Assembly: GCA_964373465.1 (NCBI GenBank)
Contig: CAYJVA010000001.1
Span: 1-28,916 of the forward strand
Direction of reading: 5' to 3'
Source of the DNA: an uncultured Gammaproteobacteria bacterium
Lineage (GTDB): Bacteria; Patescibacteriota; Microgenomatia; UBA1406; HO2-37-13b
DNA: 28,916 bases
Part shown: piece by piece, positions 8,982-19,071 of the stretch
Layout: each line of letters begins with the position of its first letter
Position numbering within the stretch: the stretch's first letter is position 1
The notes under the pieces: model-generated
Told to the model about the DNA's origin: nothing
Databases searched by the model: none
Seen by the model: only the letters and a program-made list of their open reading frames with translations
Translations under genes and position numbers: made by a program

Positions 8982-11759
8982 ATGTTTTCTTTTTTTAAAA
9001 AATTATTTGACTACAATCAAAAAGAGATTGAGAGATTGCGTAAAATCGTAATGGAGATCAACACCCACGAAGATCGAGCACGTGTCCTTAAAGAGGAAGA
9101 TTTTAAAAAAGAGACAGATATTTTGAAAAAGCACATACAAAATGGTGAAAAAACTTTAGATGAAGTATTGCCATGGGCATACGCGTTGGTTCGTGAAGGA
9201 GCGCGTCGGGTGCTGGGTGAACGGCATTTTGACGAACAGCTTATGGCTGGTGTCGCGCTTCATGAAGGAAAAGTAGCAGAACAAAAAACAGGCGAGGGAA
9301 AAACTCTCTCATCTACCGCGCCTTTGTATCTGAATGCCTTAACAGGAAAAGGAGTGCATCTCGTGACTGTGAATGATTACCTCGCGCGACGCGATGCTGG
9401 ATGGATGGGACAAGTATTTTATATGCTTGGACTTTCAGTATCCGCGATCATATCTGATCATTCATTTTTGTATGATCCGGATTTCACTGATGATACTGCA
9501 ACTGATTGGAGATTGAGAAATCTTCGTGAGATCTCGCGAAAAGAAGCGTATGACTCAGATATTACCTACGGCATCAACTCTGAATTCGGGTTTGATTATC
9601 TGCGCGATAATATGGCAACTTCACCACGCGATTTAAAACAGCGCGGTTTTTATTATGCGATCATTGACGAGGTTGATTCGGTATTGATAGACGAAGCGCG
9701 CACTCCCCACATCATATCAGCTCCGTATGATGAAGATACTTCAAAGTATTATCAATATGCTCAGATAGTGAGTCAATTGGAGATATCCTCAGATTATGTG
9801 ATTGACGAGAAGTTACATACTGCACATCTGACTGAAAGGGGTATTCTCAAAATTGAACAATTGACTGGGGTTTCAAATATCTATGAAAAAGATTTTGATT
9901 CATTATTTCATATAGAAGCGGCGCTTAAAGCACAGACACTTTTTAAAAAGGACAAAGAATATATTGTGGCTCATAATGAAGTCGTGATCGTCGATGAGTT
10001 TACTGGGCGACTTCTGCATGGTAGGCGTTTTTCTGAAGGATTACATCAGGCAATTGAGGCAAAAGAGAATGTGACGATCAAACGTGAGTCAAAAACATTG
10101 GCAACCGTTTCTCTTCAGAACTATTTCAGAATGTATGACAAACTTGCCGGTATGACAGGTACAGCGGAGACTGAAGCAGAAGAATTTCACAAGATTTATA
10201 AACTTGAAGTAATTACGATACCTACTCATCGTCCTTTAGTGCGGAAGGATCATTCAGATATCATATATAAGACGGACAAAGGAAAATTTAACGCGCTTGT
10301 TGAAGAGATAGCTCGTCAGCATAAAACTGGCCGTCCAATACTCGTAGGGACGACTGCTATTGATAAGAATGAACTTCTCTCAACATTGTTGAAACGGAAA
10401 GGGATACCTCATGAGATGTTGAATGCAAAAAATCATGAAAGGGAAGCATATATCATCAGTAATGCAGGGCGAAAAAATGCAGTAACTGTCGCGACAAATA
10501 TGGCCGGTCGTGGCGTGGATATTATATTAGGAGGACAACCTCCAAGTAAGTTTAAAGTCCAAAGTCAAAAGTCAAAAGTCCAAGAAAATGAATATGAAAA
10601 AGAGATGAAGAAGTGGAGGGAGGATCATGATGAGGTTGTGTCGCTTGGAGGATTATACGTGATGGGAACAGAAAGACATGAATCACGGCGTATTGACAAT
10701 CAACTTCGCGGTCGGTCTGGTCGTCAGGGAGATCCCGGGGAGACTCGATTTTTTGTCTCTCTTCAAGATGAAATGATGCGTATTTTCGGAGGTGAACACG
10801 TGTCAAAACTCATGACTTTTTTCAAAATCCCTGAAGATCAACCTCTTGAACATGCGATCGTATCAAAAGCTCTTGAACAAGCACAAGTGAAGGTCGAAGG
10901 GTTTAATTTTGATATACGAAAACATCTTGTTGATTTTGATGATGTGTTGAACAAGCAACGTGAGATACTCTATAAACAGCGAAAAAGTATTTTATCTGCA
11001 GGAACGCGTGATTCATATGAGATTTTTACTCAAAAGATATACGATATTTTTAAGGAAGAAGTTATGCACATCATCACAAATCATACCGTGGGACTTGACG
11101 AACCTCGGGTGGATGAGATGATAGATGAATATCTGACTATTGTGCCTGTGGAAAAAGAAAGCTTTCGCGACAAAATTAAAGACGTTGACACAGAGAAAAT
11201 ATCTGAATTATTAGAGAATGAATTTGAAAATACCTATCGTGCAAAAGAACAGTCCATAGGAAAGGACATATGGCTTGAGATAGTCAAAAATATATATTTG
11301 AGTACTATTGATACTTATTGGACAGAGCATTTGACTGTGATTGAAGATCTGCGCGAGGGTATTAATTTGCGTGGGTATGGACAACTTGATCCTTTGGTAG
11401 AGTATAAAAATGAAGCGTATACCATGTTTGAAAAACTCCTGTCAAATATTAAGTATGATTTTTCAAGAAGGATTTTGAGAATAGAAGTAGCTCAAGATAC
11501 TTCACCTTTGCAAAAGAAATCCCAATCTGTTCACTTGCATTATCAGTCAGCTTCAGCCGTGAATCCGTTTCGTCTTGGCAAGGGAAAGACCCAACAGCAA
11601 GAAAAATCAATTCCTCACGTTTCTCCTCAACAACCATCATCATCGTATGAATTTAAAATTACTCCACCTGGCACACAAAAGAAAAAAATCATGCGCAATG
11701 ATCCGTGTTGGTGTGGTTCAGGTAAAAAATACAAGAAGTGTCATTTGAATAAAGAATGA
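8982..11759 (+). CDS. secA: Preprotein translocase subunit SecA
   Basis: KTGEGKT, VTVNDYLARRD, DEVDS, ATNMAGRG, QLRGRSGRQGDPG, C-terminal SEC-C zinc motif CWCGSGKKYKKCH. Confidence 0.98.
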   Translation: MFSFFKKLFDYNQKEIERLRKIVMEINTHEDRARVLKEEDFKKETDILKKHIQNGEKTLDEVLPWAYALVREGARRVLGERHFDEQLMAGVALHEGKVAEQKTGEGKTLSSTAPLYLNALTGKGVHLVTVNDYLARRDAGWMGQVFYMLGLSVSAIISDHSFLYDPDFTDDTATDWRLRNLREISRKEAYDSDITYGINSEFGFDYLRDNMATSPRDLKQRGFYYAIIDEVDSVLIDEARTPHIISAPYDEDTSKYYQYAQIVSQLEISSDYVIDEKLHTAHLTERGILKIEQLTGVSNIYEKDFDSLFHIEAALKAQTLFKKDKEYIVAHNEVVIVDEFTGRLLHGRRFSEGLHQAIEAKENVTIKRESKTLATVSLQNYFRMYDKLAGMTGTAETEAEEFHKIYKLEVITIPTHRPLVRKDHSDIIYKTDKGKFNALVEEIARQHKTGRPILVGTTAIDKNELLSTLLKRKGIPHEMLNAKNHEREAYIISNAGRKNAVTVATNMAGRGVDIILGGQPPSKFKVQSQKSKVQENEYEKEMKKWREDHDEVVSLGGLYVMGTERHESRRIDNQLRGRSGRQGDPGETRFFVSLQDEMMRIFGGEHVSKLMTFFKIPEDQPLEHAIVSKALEQAQVKVEGFNFDIRKHLVDFDDVLNKQREILYKQRKSILSAGTRDSYEIFTQKIYDIFKEEVMHIITNHTVGLDEPRVDEMIDEYLTIVPVEKESFRDKIKDVDTEKISELLENEFENTYRAKEQSIGKDIWLEIVKNIYLSTIDTYWTEHLTVIEDLREGINLRGYGQLDPLVEYKNEAYTMFEKLLSNIKYDFSRRILRIEVAQDTSPLQKKSQSVHLHYQSASAVNPFRLGKGKTQQQEKSIPHVSPQQPSSSYEFKITPPGTQKKKIMRNDPCWCGSGKKYKKCHLNKE
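10553..10580 (+). repeat. 7-mer tandem array (4 units) inside secA, encoding KVQSQKSKV
   Basis: TAAAGTC CAAAGTC AAAAGTC AAAAGTC. Confidence 0.85.
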
Positions 11760-11783
11760 GGATATCATATACATTTTTAGTTC

Positions 11784-11812
11784 TTGACAGTATAGTGTAT
11801 TCATAGTAAGCT
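11784..11812 (+). promoter_or_regulatory. Sigma70-like promoter, probably giving a leaderless transcript
   Basis: TTGACA-N17-TAAGCT, 7 nt before ATG 11820. Confidence 0.6.
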
Positions 11813-11819
11813 TTTATGT

Positions 11820-12068
11820 ATGGAAAATATCGCAACTTCTAGTAAAACAATCTCTCCACAGCAGTCAAACACAAAGACATTTATTGATCCTGCATATCTT
11901 AAAAAAGGAGTTGCTCTTCCCAAGAAAGGTTTTAGTTTTCTTACTGTTTTTCTTTGTATTATACTTGCCTCATCAGTATGGATTTTTCTTGTCACCATAG
12001 AGATATTACCAAATCCTTATTTGCAAGATAACAATATCAGTGTATTTGTGCCCATTATTAAAAAATAA
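11820..12068 (+). CDS. Small single-pass membrane hypothetical protein (82 aa)
   Basis: Hydrophobic stretch FSFLTVFLCIILASSVWIFLVTIEIL; good promoter directly upstream. Confidence 0.65.
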   Translation: MENIATSSKTISPQQSNTKTFIDPAYLKKGVALPKKGFSFLTVFLCIILASSVWIFLVTIEILPNPYLQDNNISVFVPIIKK

Positions 12069-12131
12069 TCTTTTTTTACGATTTATTTTCTGCTTACTTT
12101 TTAGTAAATAACAGATAAAATATTTTACACA

Positions 12132-13403
12132 ATGTTTCATGAACGTTTAAATACTGTGCTGATAGTTGGAAATGGAGGAAGAGAACATGCCATAGGAGCA
12201 AAACTTGGAGATTCTCCTTATGTCCCAAAACTTTATTTTGCCCCGGGTAATGTAGGCACAGGTCAGCTTGGGACGAATCTTGATATTGGAGTAGAAGACT
12301 TTGATAAACTTGCTCAGTTTGCAAAAGACCATAAAGCGTTTACTGTCGTCGGACCTGAAAAACCAATTGCTTCAGGAATAGAACAGGTGTTCTCTGCAGA
12401 AAAACTTCCTATTTTTGCACCTTCTCGCGAAGCGGCATTACTTGAGTCAAGTAAAGATTGGGCTATCAGATTTATGAAACGGCATAGCATACCCCATCCT
12501 GATTCACGAGTTTTTACTACTGCCTATGAAGCGCTTCGTTTTATTGAGAATCCTCCATGGAAAGTAGTGATTAAAGCAGATGGTTTGGCATCAGGAAAAG
12601 GCGTATATCTTCCCGAGACACAAGAGGATGCGAAACAAGCAATTAATGATTTAATGACATTAGGCACATGTGGAAAGGCAGGAGAGACAATTGTCATACA
12701 AGAAAAACTAAAAGGAAAAGAAGTGTCAATGTTTGCCTTTTGTGACGGTACGACTCTATTGCCTCTATTGCCAGTCGCTGATTATAAGCGGGCATTGGAC
12801 AATGATAAAGGGTCAAATACAGGTGGTATGGGTTCCTACGCTCCTGCAGACGTATCTCATCAGATTATGGAAAGGATAACAAAAACAATACTTATACCTA
12901 CTACCAGAGGGATGAAAAAAGAGGGAAATCCTTATAAGGGCATGCTTTACGTTGGACTTATGCTCACTGACCAAGGACCAAAAGTACTTGAGTATAATGT
13001 TCGATTCGGTGATCCTGAGACGCAGTCTTTGTTGCGACTGATGAGGTCTGATCTTGGCCCCTTGCTTTTGTCCTGTGTTGAAGGCACTTTAGCTTCTCAC
13101 GCGGTAAAATTCTCTCGTGATTCTGCTGTTTGTGTGGTACTTGTTTCTCACGGATACCCAAAAAATTACGAGACCGGTAAGGTGATAAAAGGATTAAATC
13201 AGATTAAAGATCCATCAATACAAGTATTCCACGCAGGCACAATATTAAAAAAAGGAAACATAGTAACAAATGGAGGTCGAGTACTTGGAGTAACAGCCGT
13301 CGCAGATACATTGCCGCATGCTGTTGAGAAAGCCTATAAGGTTATCGGTCACCCTCTCACATTTAACAAAATGCATTACAGAAAAGATATAGGTTATTTA
13401 TAA
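12132..13403 (+). CDS. purD: Phosphoribosylamine--glycine ligase (GAR synthetase)
   Basis: VGNGGREHA, VVGPE, VIKADGLASGKG, DYKRALDNDKGSNTGGMG, LEYNVRFGDPETQ, TNGGRVL. Confidence 0.96.
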   Translation: MFHERLNTVLIVGNGGREHAIGAKLGDSPYVPKLYFAPGNVGTGQLGTNLDIGVEDFDKLAQFAKDHKAFTVVGPEKPIASGIEQVFSAEKLPIFAPSREAALLESSKDWAIRFMKRHSIPHPDSRVFTTAYEALRFIENPPWKVVIKADGLASGKGVYLPETQEDAKQAINDLMTLGTCGKAGETIVIQEKLKGKEVSMFAFCDGTTLLPLLPVADYKRALDNDKGSNTGGMGSYAPADVSHQIMERITKTILIPTTRGMKKEGNPYKGMLYVGLMLTDQGPKVLEYNVRFGDPETQSLLRLMRSDLGPLLLSCVEGTLASHAVKFSRDSAVCVVLVSHGYPKNYETGKVIKGLNQIKDPSIQVFHAGTILKKGNIVTNGGRVLGVTAVADTLPHAVEKAYKVIGHPLTFNKMHYRKDIGYL

Positions 13404-13433
13404 TAAACGGTATGCCCAAAAAATTTATAAAAT

Positions 13434-13473
13434 ATCACCCCAGGGGTGAAACTGTATGTGCACCCTAGGTATT
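13434..13473 (+). repeat. Solo REP doublet between convergent purD and eno
   Basis: AT-CACCC-CAG-GGGTG, 11-nt spacer, GCACCCTAGGTA-TT; same layout and 25-nt unit spacing as the RAYT ends. Confidence 0.7.
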
Positions 13474-13474
13474 A

Positions 13475-14719
13475 TTACAATTCCAATTTCTCAATCTCAA
13501 TTAACCGATTGTATTTTGCCAAGCGTTCGGAGCGGGACATGGATCCAGACTTTAAAAAATCAGCTCCACAAGCAACTGCAAGGTCTGCGATAAATGGATC
13601 CTCAGTTTCTCCTGAGCGATGAGAGATGATAACTTTCATATTATTTTGTTGCGACAATTTGATAGCTTCAACTGTTTCTTTCACAGTGCCGATCTGATTT
13701 GGTTTGATTAAAACTGCAGTGGTTGCTTTTTCTGCAATACCTCTTTTAATTCTTTCAGTTTGAGTGGTGTAGAGATCATCTCCTATCACGAGTGTCTCTT
13801 TTCCGACTTTTTGTGTAAAATGAATAAACCCATCCCAATCATCTTCAGCAAATGGATCTTCAAAAGACAGTATGCCATATTCAGTCTTCAGATCTATATA
13901 GTACTCCATCAATTCTTTTGAACTCAGAGTTTTATTCTCTTTTTTTAAGTGATACGAGCCATTCTCAAAAAAAGAAGAAGAGGCGCTATCTATCCCCAAA
14001 TCCACATCAATTGTTTTTTTATGTCCTGTATGCATGATGGCATCAATCATATGATTAAATACTTCACTATGTAAGGAAAGAGCTGGCGAATACCCTCCTT
14101 CATCGCCAACTAATGTGGAATAGTTATTCTTTTTAAGAATTGTGCCCAGTTGATGGAAAATCTCAGCGCCTATACGTATTCCTTCATGAGGGATAGTAGT
14201 CTTGGGAATAATCATAAACTCTTGTATATCAAAATTCCAGTTTGCATGTTTTCCGCCATTTATGATATTGATCATCAGACGAGGAAAGGATGGTTTTTTT
14301 TGTGAAAAATAATATTCGTGTACTGTTTTCCATAGTGGTTTTTTCTGAGTTTTTGCAAGGGTACGCGCAAGAGCAAGTGAGACAGAAAGGATTGTATTTG
14401 CACCTAAGCGTTTTTTATTCTCAGTTCCATCAAGTTCAGTCATTTTTTTGTCAAGATTGTCAAGGTTTTCAATTGATGCGCCTTTCAGATGGTTTGCAAT
14501 AAGCGTGTTTACCTGCTTAACCGCTCTCAACACTCCTTTTCCTGCATATCGGGTCATATCATGATCTCGTAGCTCATATGCTTCATGTGTTCCAGTTGAC
14601 GCGCCAGACGGGACTGACGCCGATCCTTTCACTCCATTGTTAAGCGTGACTGTTGTTCTCACCGTCGGATTTCCCCGCGAATCAAGAATCTCAATGGCGT
14701 ATATTTTTTCTATTTTCAT
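13475..14719 (-). CDS. eno: Enolase
   Basis: EILDSRGNPTV, VPSGASTG, GDEGG, LIKPNQIG, SHRSGETED, RSERLAKYN. Confidence 0.98.
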   Translation of the reverse strand: MKIEKIYAIEILDSRGNPTVRTTVTLNNGVKGSASVPSGASTGTHEAYELRDHDMTRYAGKGVLRAVKQVNTLIANHLKGASIENLDNLDKKMTELDGTENKKRLGANTILSVSLALARTLAKTQKKPLWKTVHEYYFSQKKPSFPRLMINIINGGKHANWNFDIQEFMIIPKTTIPHEGIRIGAEIFHQLGTILKKNNYSTLVGDEGGYSPALSLHSEVFNHMIDAIMHTGHKKTIDVDLGIDSASSSFFENGSYHLKKENKTLSSKELMEYYIDLKTEYGILSFEDPFAEDDWDGFIHFTQKVGKETLVIGDDLYTTQTERIKRGIAEKATTAVLIKPNQIGTVKETVEAIKLSQQNNMKVIISHRSGETEDPFIADLAVACGADFLKSGSMSRSERLAKYNRLIEIEKLEL

Positions 14720-14730
14720 ATATCTACATA

Positions 14731-15111
14731 CTACTCTTTTTTTCTTTTTTGTAAACCTGCAGTTATGATCCCACTATAAATAAAAATCCAACCAGTCAGA
14801 TAAAGAAGTATGGGAATGGCTTCGGAGATGATCAGATTGATATATTTTTGAAGTCTATAATGAGGAGTTTCCGTTATAAGGGAGGTCATTGTTTGATCAC
14901 GAAAAGACACGATAATATGTTTGTCGTATTCAAAAGAAAATGCAAGGATAGCAAAACCAATAAGCATCAGAATGATAAAACGAGAAGGACGTTTGATTGC
15001 AATGATGATTGATATAAAAAGTCCAGTAAGATACGCAAAAAGAATATAGTTATGAGTGAATGAAAGATAAAGCGTAATGATAAGATTTTGCTTGATATCT
15101 GGAGTTATCAT
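14731..15111 (-). CDS. Hypothetical membrane protein (126 aa, about 3 hydrophobic segments)
   Basis: Lies between the exonuclease and eno genes in an operon-like arrangement; hydrophobic runs, basic C-terminus. Confidence 0.7.
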   Translation of the reverse strand: MITPDIKQNLIITLYLSFTHNYILFAYLTGLFISIIIAIKRPSRFIILMLIGFAILAFSFEYDKHIIVSFRDQTMTSLITETPHYRLQKYINLIISEAIPILLYLTGWIFIYSGIITAGLQKRKKE

Positions 15112-15113
15112 AG

Positions 15114-16025
15114 TTAAAAAAGTCCTAATTGTTTTTTATCATTTATCTTTTCTTTCTTTTTTTTGACTGTGGGGAAGAAACGCTTTATCAGTGTATGAAA
15201 TTCCATGGTAAAAAAAAAGCTTTTGAGCGCTTCATTATAACTTTCAAAAGAGCACTTTTCTACCTCAAAATCAATGGGCACATCTGTGATGATAGTCGCG
15301 AGACGTTGAGAGAGAAGCGCATGTTTTTTATGCGCAAGAAGACTCTTTTTTATCCGCGTGCTTGCAATAGCATCAATATGGTCGTATATTCCTTTCAGAG
15401 TCTTAAATCGTATCAAAAGTTGTGCGGCAGTCTTCGGACCTATGCCATCCGCTCCTTTGTAATTATCTGACGCATCCCCAGTCAATGATTTCAAATCAGG
15501 GATTTGTGATGGCGTCACTAGAAATTTTTGTATTGTTTTTTCTATCGTGTACACGCCGATTTCAGAAAGCCCTTTTTGTGGAGTGATGACATATGTTGAG
15601 TCGCTTACTAATTGCATCATGTCTCGATCAGCGGTCAGGATAAGTATGCGCATCTTTCCCCTCACTTTCTTGACAATAGTTCCGATCACATCATCAGCCT
15701 CATATCCTTCCTTTTCAAAATATGATATACGAGCAGTCTCAAGAAACTCTTTGACATACGGGATTTGACTTTTTAATTCGTCTTTCATTTTCGGACGATG
15801 TATCTGGTATTCTTTAAATATTTTTTTTCTAAAAGTAGGTACGGGTGTATCAAAACAAACGGCAATATGAGTTGGTTTGAAATCCGATACTGCACGATAT
15901 AACATAGTTGCAAAGCCATATATCGCATTTGTCGGTTGACCATTTTTCATGGTGAAATGGGGAAGCGCATGGAATGAACGGTGCAATAATCCGTTTCCGT
16001 CAATCAAAAGAAGAGTATTCGTCAT
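15114..16025 (-). CDS. Stand-alone 5'-3' exonuclease/flap endonuclease (PolI N-terminal domain only) with a C-terminal QLGLF motif
   Basis: LLIDGNGLLHRSFHA, CFD, YEADDVIGT, TADRD, helix-hairpin-helix LTGDASDNYKGADGIGPKTA. Ends at 303 aa with no polymerase domain. Confidence 0.92.
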   Translation of the reverse strand: MTNTLLLIDGNGLLHRSFHALPHFTMKNGQPTNAIYGFATMLYRAVSDFKPTHIAVCFDTPVPTFRKKIFKEYQIHRPKMKDELKSQIPYVKEFLETARISYFEKEGYEADDVIGTIVKKVRGKMRILILTADRDMMQLVSDSTYVITPQKGLSEIGVYTIEKTIQKFLVTPSQIPDLKSLTGDASDNYKGADGIGPKTAAQLLIRFKTLKGIYDHIDAIASTRIKKSLLAHKKHALLSQRLATIITDVPIDFEVEKCSFESYNEALKSFFFTMEFHTLIKRFFPTVKKKKEKINDKKQLGLF

Positions 16026-17926
16026 GTTGTTTTTTTATCACCGACTAATCGTATAAATTCTTCATCATCAATTCCCTCTTTTTTGATGAGTTCTTCAGCT
16101 ACAAGATCAAGTTTATCCCGATTGTCCACTATGAGTGATTTTGCTCTGATAAAACATTCATCAAGTATTTTTTTTATTTCGCTATCAATTTTTCCCAGCA
16201 TTTCCTGAGAGATTGAGGACTGTTCATAAAATCCTTTTCCCCATTCAGTTACATCAAAAGTCGGACCAAAATTGACAGGTCCAAGAGAACTCATGCCATA
16301 TTCAACCACCATAGCTTTTGCGATGCGTGTGGCTTGATCAAAATCATTTGCGGCGCCTGTCGTAATCTCTGAAAAAATGACTTCTTCAGCCCCGCGCCCT
16401 CCCATCAAAGAGGTGATGACTTCCAAAAGATGTGTTTTTGTCTCATGCAGTCTATCTTTTGCCGGAGGGATAAGTGTAAATCCTAGAGACATGCCTCGCG
16501 AGATGATGGAGATGCGATGTACTGGGTCCATGGTAGGGAGAAAATGAGTGACTATGGCATGTCCAGCTTCATGATAGGCGGTGATTTTTTTATCCATGTC
16601 TGATTGCAAACGTTTTTTTTCAGGTCCGAGTTTTACTTTTGTCGCGGCTTCTTCAAGGTCTTCCATGGCGATATCTTTTTTTGCTTGACGAGCGGCAAGT
16701 ATCGCGGCTTCATTCAGCATATTTTCAATATCTGCGCCAGAAAAACCAACAGTTCGTTTTGCGACTTTTTCCCATGAGACTGAAGAGAGAAATGGTTTGC
16801 CTTTTGCATGGATTGCAAGGATAGCTTTTCGTCCTTCAAGATCAGGAAAGTCAACTAAAATACGCCGATCAAACCTTCCCGGGCGAAGAAGCGCAGGATC
16901 AAGCAGATCTCCTCGGTTTGTCGCGGCTATGACAATCACGCGTTCGTTGGGTGAGAATCCATCCATCTCAACGAGGATTTGATTCAGGGTTTGCTCACGT
17001 TCATCATGTGCTGAGAGAGCGCCACCTACAGAGCGTGCGCGTCCTATCGCATCAATCTCGTCTATAAAAATGATGGCGGGGGCGCTTTTTTTTGCTGTTG
17101 CGAAAAGATCTCGTGCGCGAGCCGCGCCAATCCCAACTAACATTTCCATAAACTCAGATCCAGCAATGGAGAAAAAAGGCACATTGCACTCTCCTGCGAC
17201 TGCTTTTGCCAGTAATGTTTTACCACATCCTGCCGGTCCTACTAATATAATTCCTTTTGGGGTGCGAGCTCCAAGCTTGGCGTATTTCTCTGGATGCTTG
17301 AGAAAATCTACGACTTCTTCAAGCTCCTTTTTTGCCTCATCAACACCTGCGACATTTGCAAACGTGATACGGGTAATTTGTTTGGAATATTTTTTTGCCC
17401 GTGATTGTCCAAAGGAAAATATTGAATCTTGCGCTCCTCGCGCCTGTCTGAAAATAAATATGAAAAATGCAATCATGAGTACTGTCGGGATGATGTTTGC
17501 AAGCAAATTAAGAAATGCTGATCCTCCTTGTGTATCCTTGACTTGTATTGTCACTTTGGATGGATCAACATCACTGTCTTTTAATATTTTGATAAAACTT
17601 TCATCAGGTTCTTTGGTAGTCGTTGCATTGGATTCATCTTTATAGGTTAGTATGACTTTATTTGCGATAATCTCTGCTTTTTTTACCTTATTATTTTTAA
17701 TATCTTGGATTGTCTGGGTAAGAGTTTTTTCAGGATACAGTTTGGTGACATCCTTGAATGAAAGATATATTGAGAAAAGAAAAAATCCTATAAAAAATAT
17801 GATAAAAAGATTTTTAATATTGAGGTTAAACTTAAGTTCAACAATTTGTTTTCTTTTTTTACCACGGGGTAAGCCATTTTTCCCGTTATTATTTCTTGAT
17901 TGTTGATTATTTATTTCTGCCATCAT
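16022..17926 (-). CDS. ftsH: ATP-dependent zinc metalloprotease FtsH
   Basis: Two TM segments, [40 protein letters not shown]. Confidence 0.98.
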   Translation of the reverse strand: MMAEINNQQSRNNNGKNGLPRGKKRKQIVELKFNLNIKNLFIIFFIGFFLFSIYLSFKDVTKLYPEKTLTQTIQDIKNNKVKKAEIIANKVILTYKDESNATTTKEPDESFIKILKDSDVDPSKVTIQVKDTQGGSAFLNLLANIIPTVLMIAFFIFIFRQARGAQDSIFSFGQSRAKKYSKQITRITFANVAGVDEAKKELEEVVDFLKHPEKYAKLGARTPKGIILVGPAGCGKTLLAKAVAGECNVPFFSIAGSEFMEMLVGIGAARARDLFATAKKSAPAIIFIDEIDAIGRARSVGGALSAHDEREQTLNQILVEMDGFSPNERVIVIAATNRGDLLDPALLRPGRFDRRILVDFPDLEGRKAILAIHAKGKPFLSSVSWEKVAKRTVGFSGADIENMLNEAAILAARQAKKDIAMEDLEEAATKVKLGPEKKRLQSDMDKKITAYHEAGHAIVTHFLPTMDPVHRISIISRGMSLGFTLIPPAKDRLHETKTHLLEVITSLMGGRGAEEVIFSEITTGAANDFDQATRIAKAMVVEYGMSSLGPVNFGPTFDVTEWGKGFYEQSSISQEMLGKIDSEIKKILDECFIRAKSLIVDNRDKLDLVAEELIKKEGIDDEEFIRLVGDKKTT

Positions 17927-17931
17927 ACGCT

Positions 17932-17955
17932 ATTGTAGCAGATTTTTGATACAAT
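17932..17955. promoter_or_regulatory. Back-to-back extended -10 boxes for divergent ftsH and tsaC-tsaE
   Basis: Minus strand TGC-TACAAT (17940-17932); plus strand TGA-TACAAT (17947-17955). Confidence 0.55.
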
Positions 17956-17970
17956 GTGAAGCAATAAATT

Positions 17971-19071
17971 ATGCAGATACTATCTTATTCTGAATCAGAA
18001 GAGAAAAAAATCATCAATTCTGTCTGTGATATGCTTAGTCAAGGTGGTCTTGTTATTGTTCCTTCAGACACAGTATATGCTCTTGTTGCCGATGCAACAA
18101 ATCAGATAGCAATAAATACACTTTTGGATTTTAAGAAAAGACCTCCAGGAAAGGCAATCTCTGTATTTGTAGACAATCTATCAAAAGCACGTAGTATAGT
18201 TTCTATAAATAAAAAGCAGATGAGCACCATATCTCAATTGATCCCAGGTCCTTTTACGGTAGTCTTGCCTTATAAAAGTGGAGTTGCGCACGGTCTTCTA
18301 TCAGAGAAAAATACTCTTGGAATACGCATACCAGACTATCCTTTTATTAATAAACTTCTTGCTCAATATGGTGTGCCTCTTACTGCTACCTCAGCAAATG
18401 TATCGGGAAGATCTCCTCATTATTCAATACCATCTTTACTCAGTACTTTATCTGATAAAAAAAAGAAATATATACAAATGATTATTGATCGTGGAACACT
18501 TCCCTACAACAAACCTTCAACAGTGATTGATTTGACCGGAGACTCTGTGCGTGTATTACGGCAAGGGAATTATGAGAGAATGAAAGAAAAAGACTTTTAT
18601 TCGTCCAATAATCCAAACGACACGAAAAAGATCGGGTCGTTGCTTTTACGAAAATATCTTAAAATAGCTCAGAATAAACCATTGATATTTTTGATTGAAG
18701 GTGAATTGGGTGCAGGGAAAACAGTCCTTGTGAAAGGAATTGGTGAGGAGCTTGGAGTGAGTCGAATAGTATCACCGACTTTTGTCATCTATTATGAATA
18801 TCCCATCTCAAAAAATGAACTTAAGAAATTGTATCATTTTGATCTTTACGCGATTGAATATGAAGAGGAATTTCATTACTTAAAAATATACGATCTATTA
18901 AAGCCCAAAAATATAATCTGTATTGAATGGGGTGAAAAAAGCACGGCATTGCTTGATCAGTTTCAAAAAAAAGGATTGATAATTTATGTTCGTATCATAT
19001 ACAAAACAGCAACACAAAGGACTATCCAAAGTAGCATATTTAATCATGAGAAAAAATCAGCTCTATGTTAA
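17971..19071 (+). CDS. tsaC-tsaE: Fusion of threonylcarbamoyl-AMP synthase (TsaC/Sua5-YrdC domain) and t6A ATPase TsaE
   Basis: N-terminal PSDTVY, KKRPPGK, TATSANVSG, PSTVID, LRQG. C-terminal GELGAGKT, SPTF, YHFDLY, IEW. One continuous frame. Confidence 0.92.
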   Translation: MQILSYSESEEKKIINSVCDMLSQGGLVIVPSDTVYALVADATNQIAINTLLDFKKRPPGKAISVFVDNLSKARSIVSINKKQMSTISQLIPGPFTVVLPYKSGVAHGLLSEKNTLGIRIPDYPFINKLLAQYGVPLTATSANVSGRSPHYSIPSLLSTLSDKKKKYIQMIIDRGTLPYNKPSTVIDLTGDSVRVLRQGNYERMKEKDFYSSNNPNDTKKIGSLLLRKYLKIAQNKPLIFLIEGELGAGKTVLVKGIGEELGVSRIVSPTFVIYYEYPISKNELKKLYHFDLYAIEYEEEFHYLKIYDLLKPKNIICIEWGEKSTALLDQFQKKGLIIYVRIIYKTATQRTIQSSIFNHEKKSALC

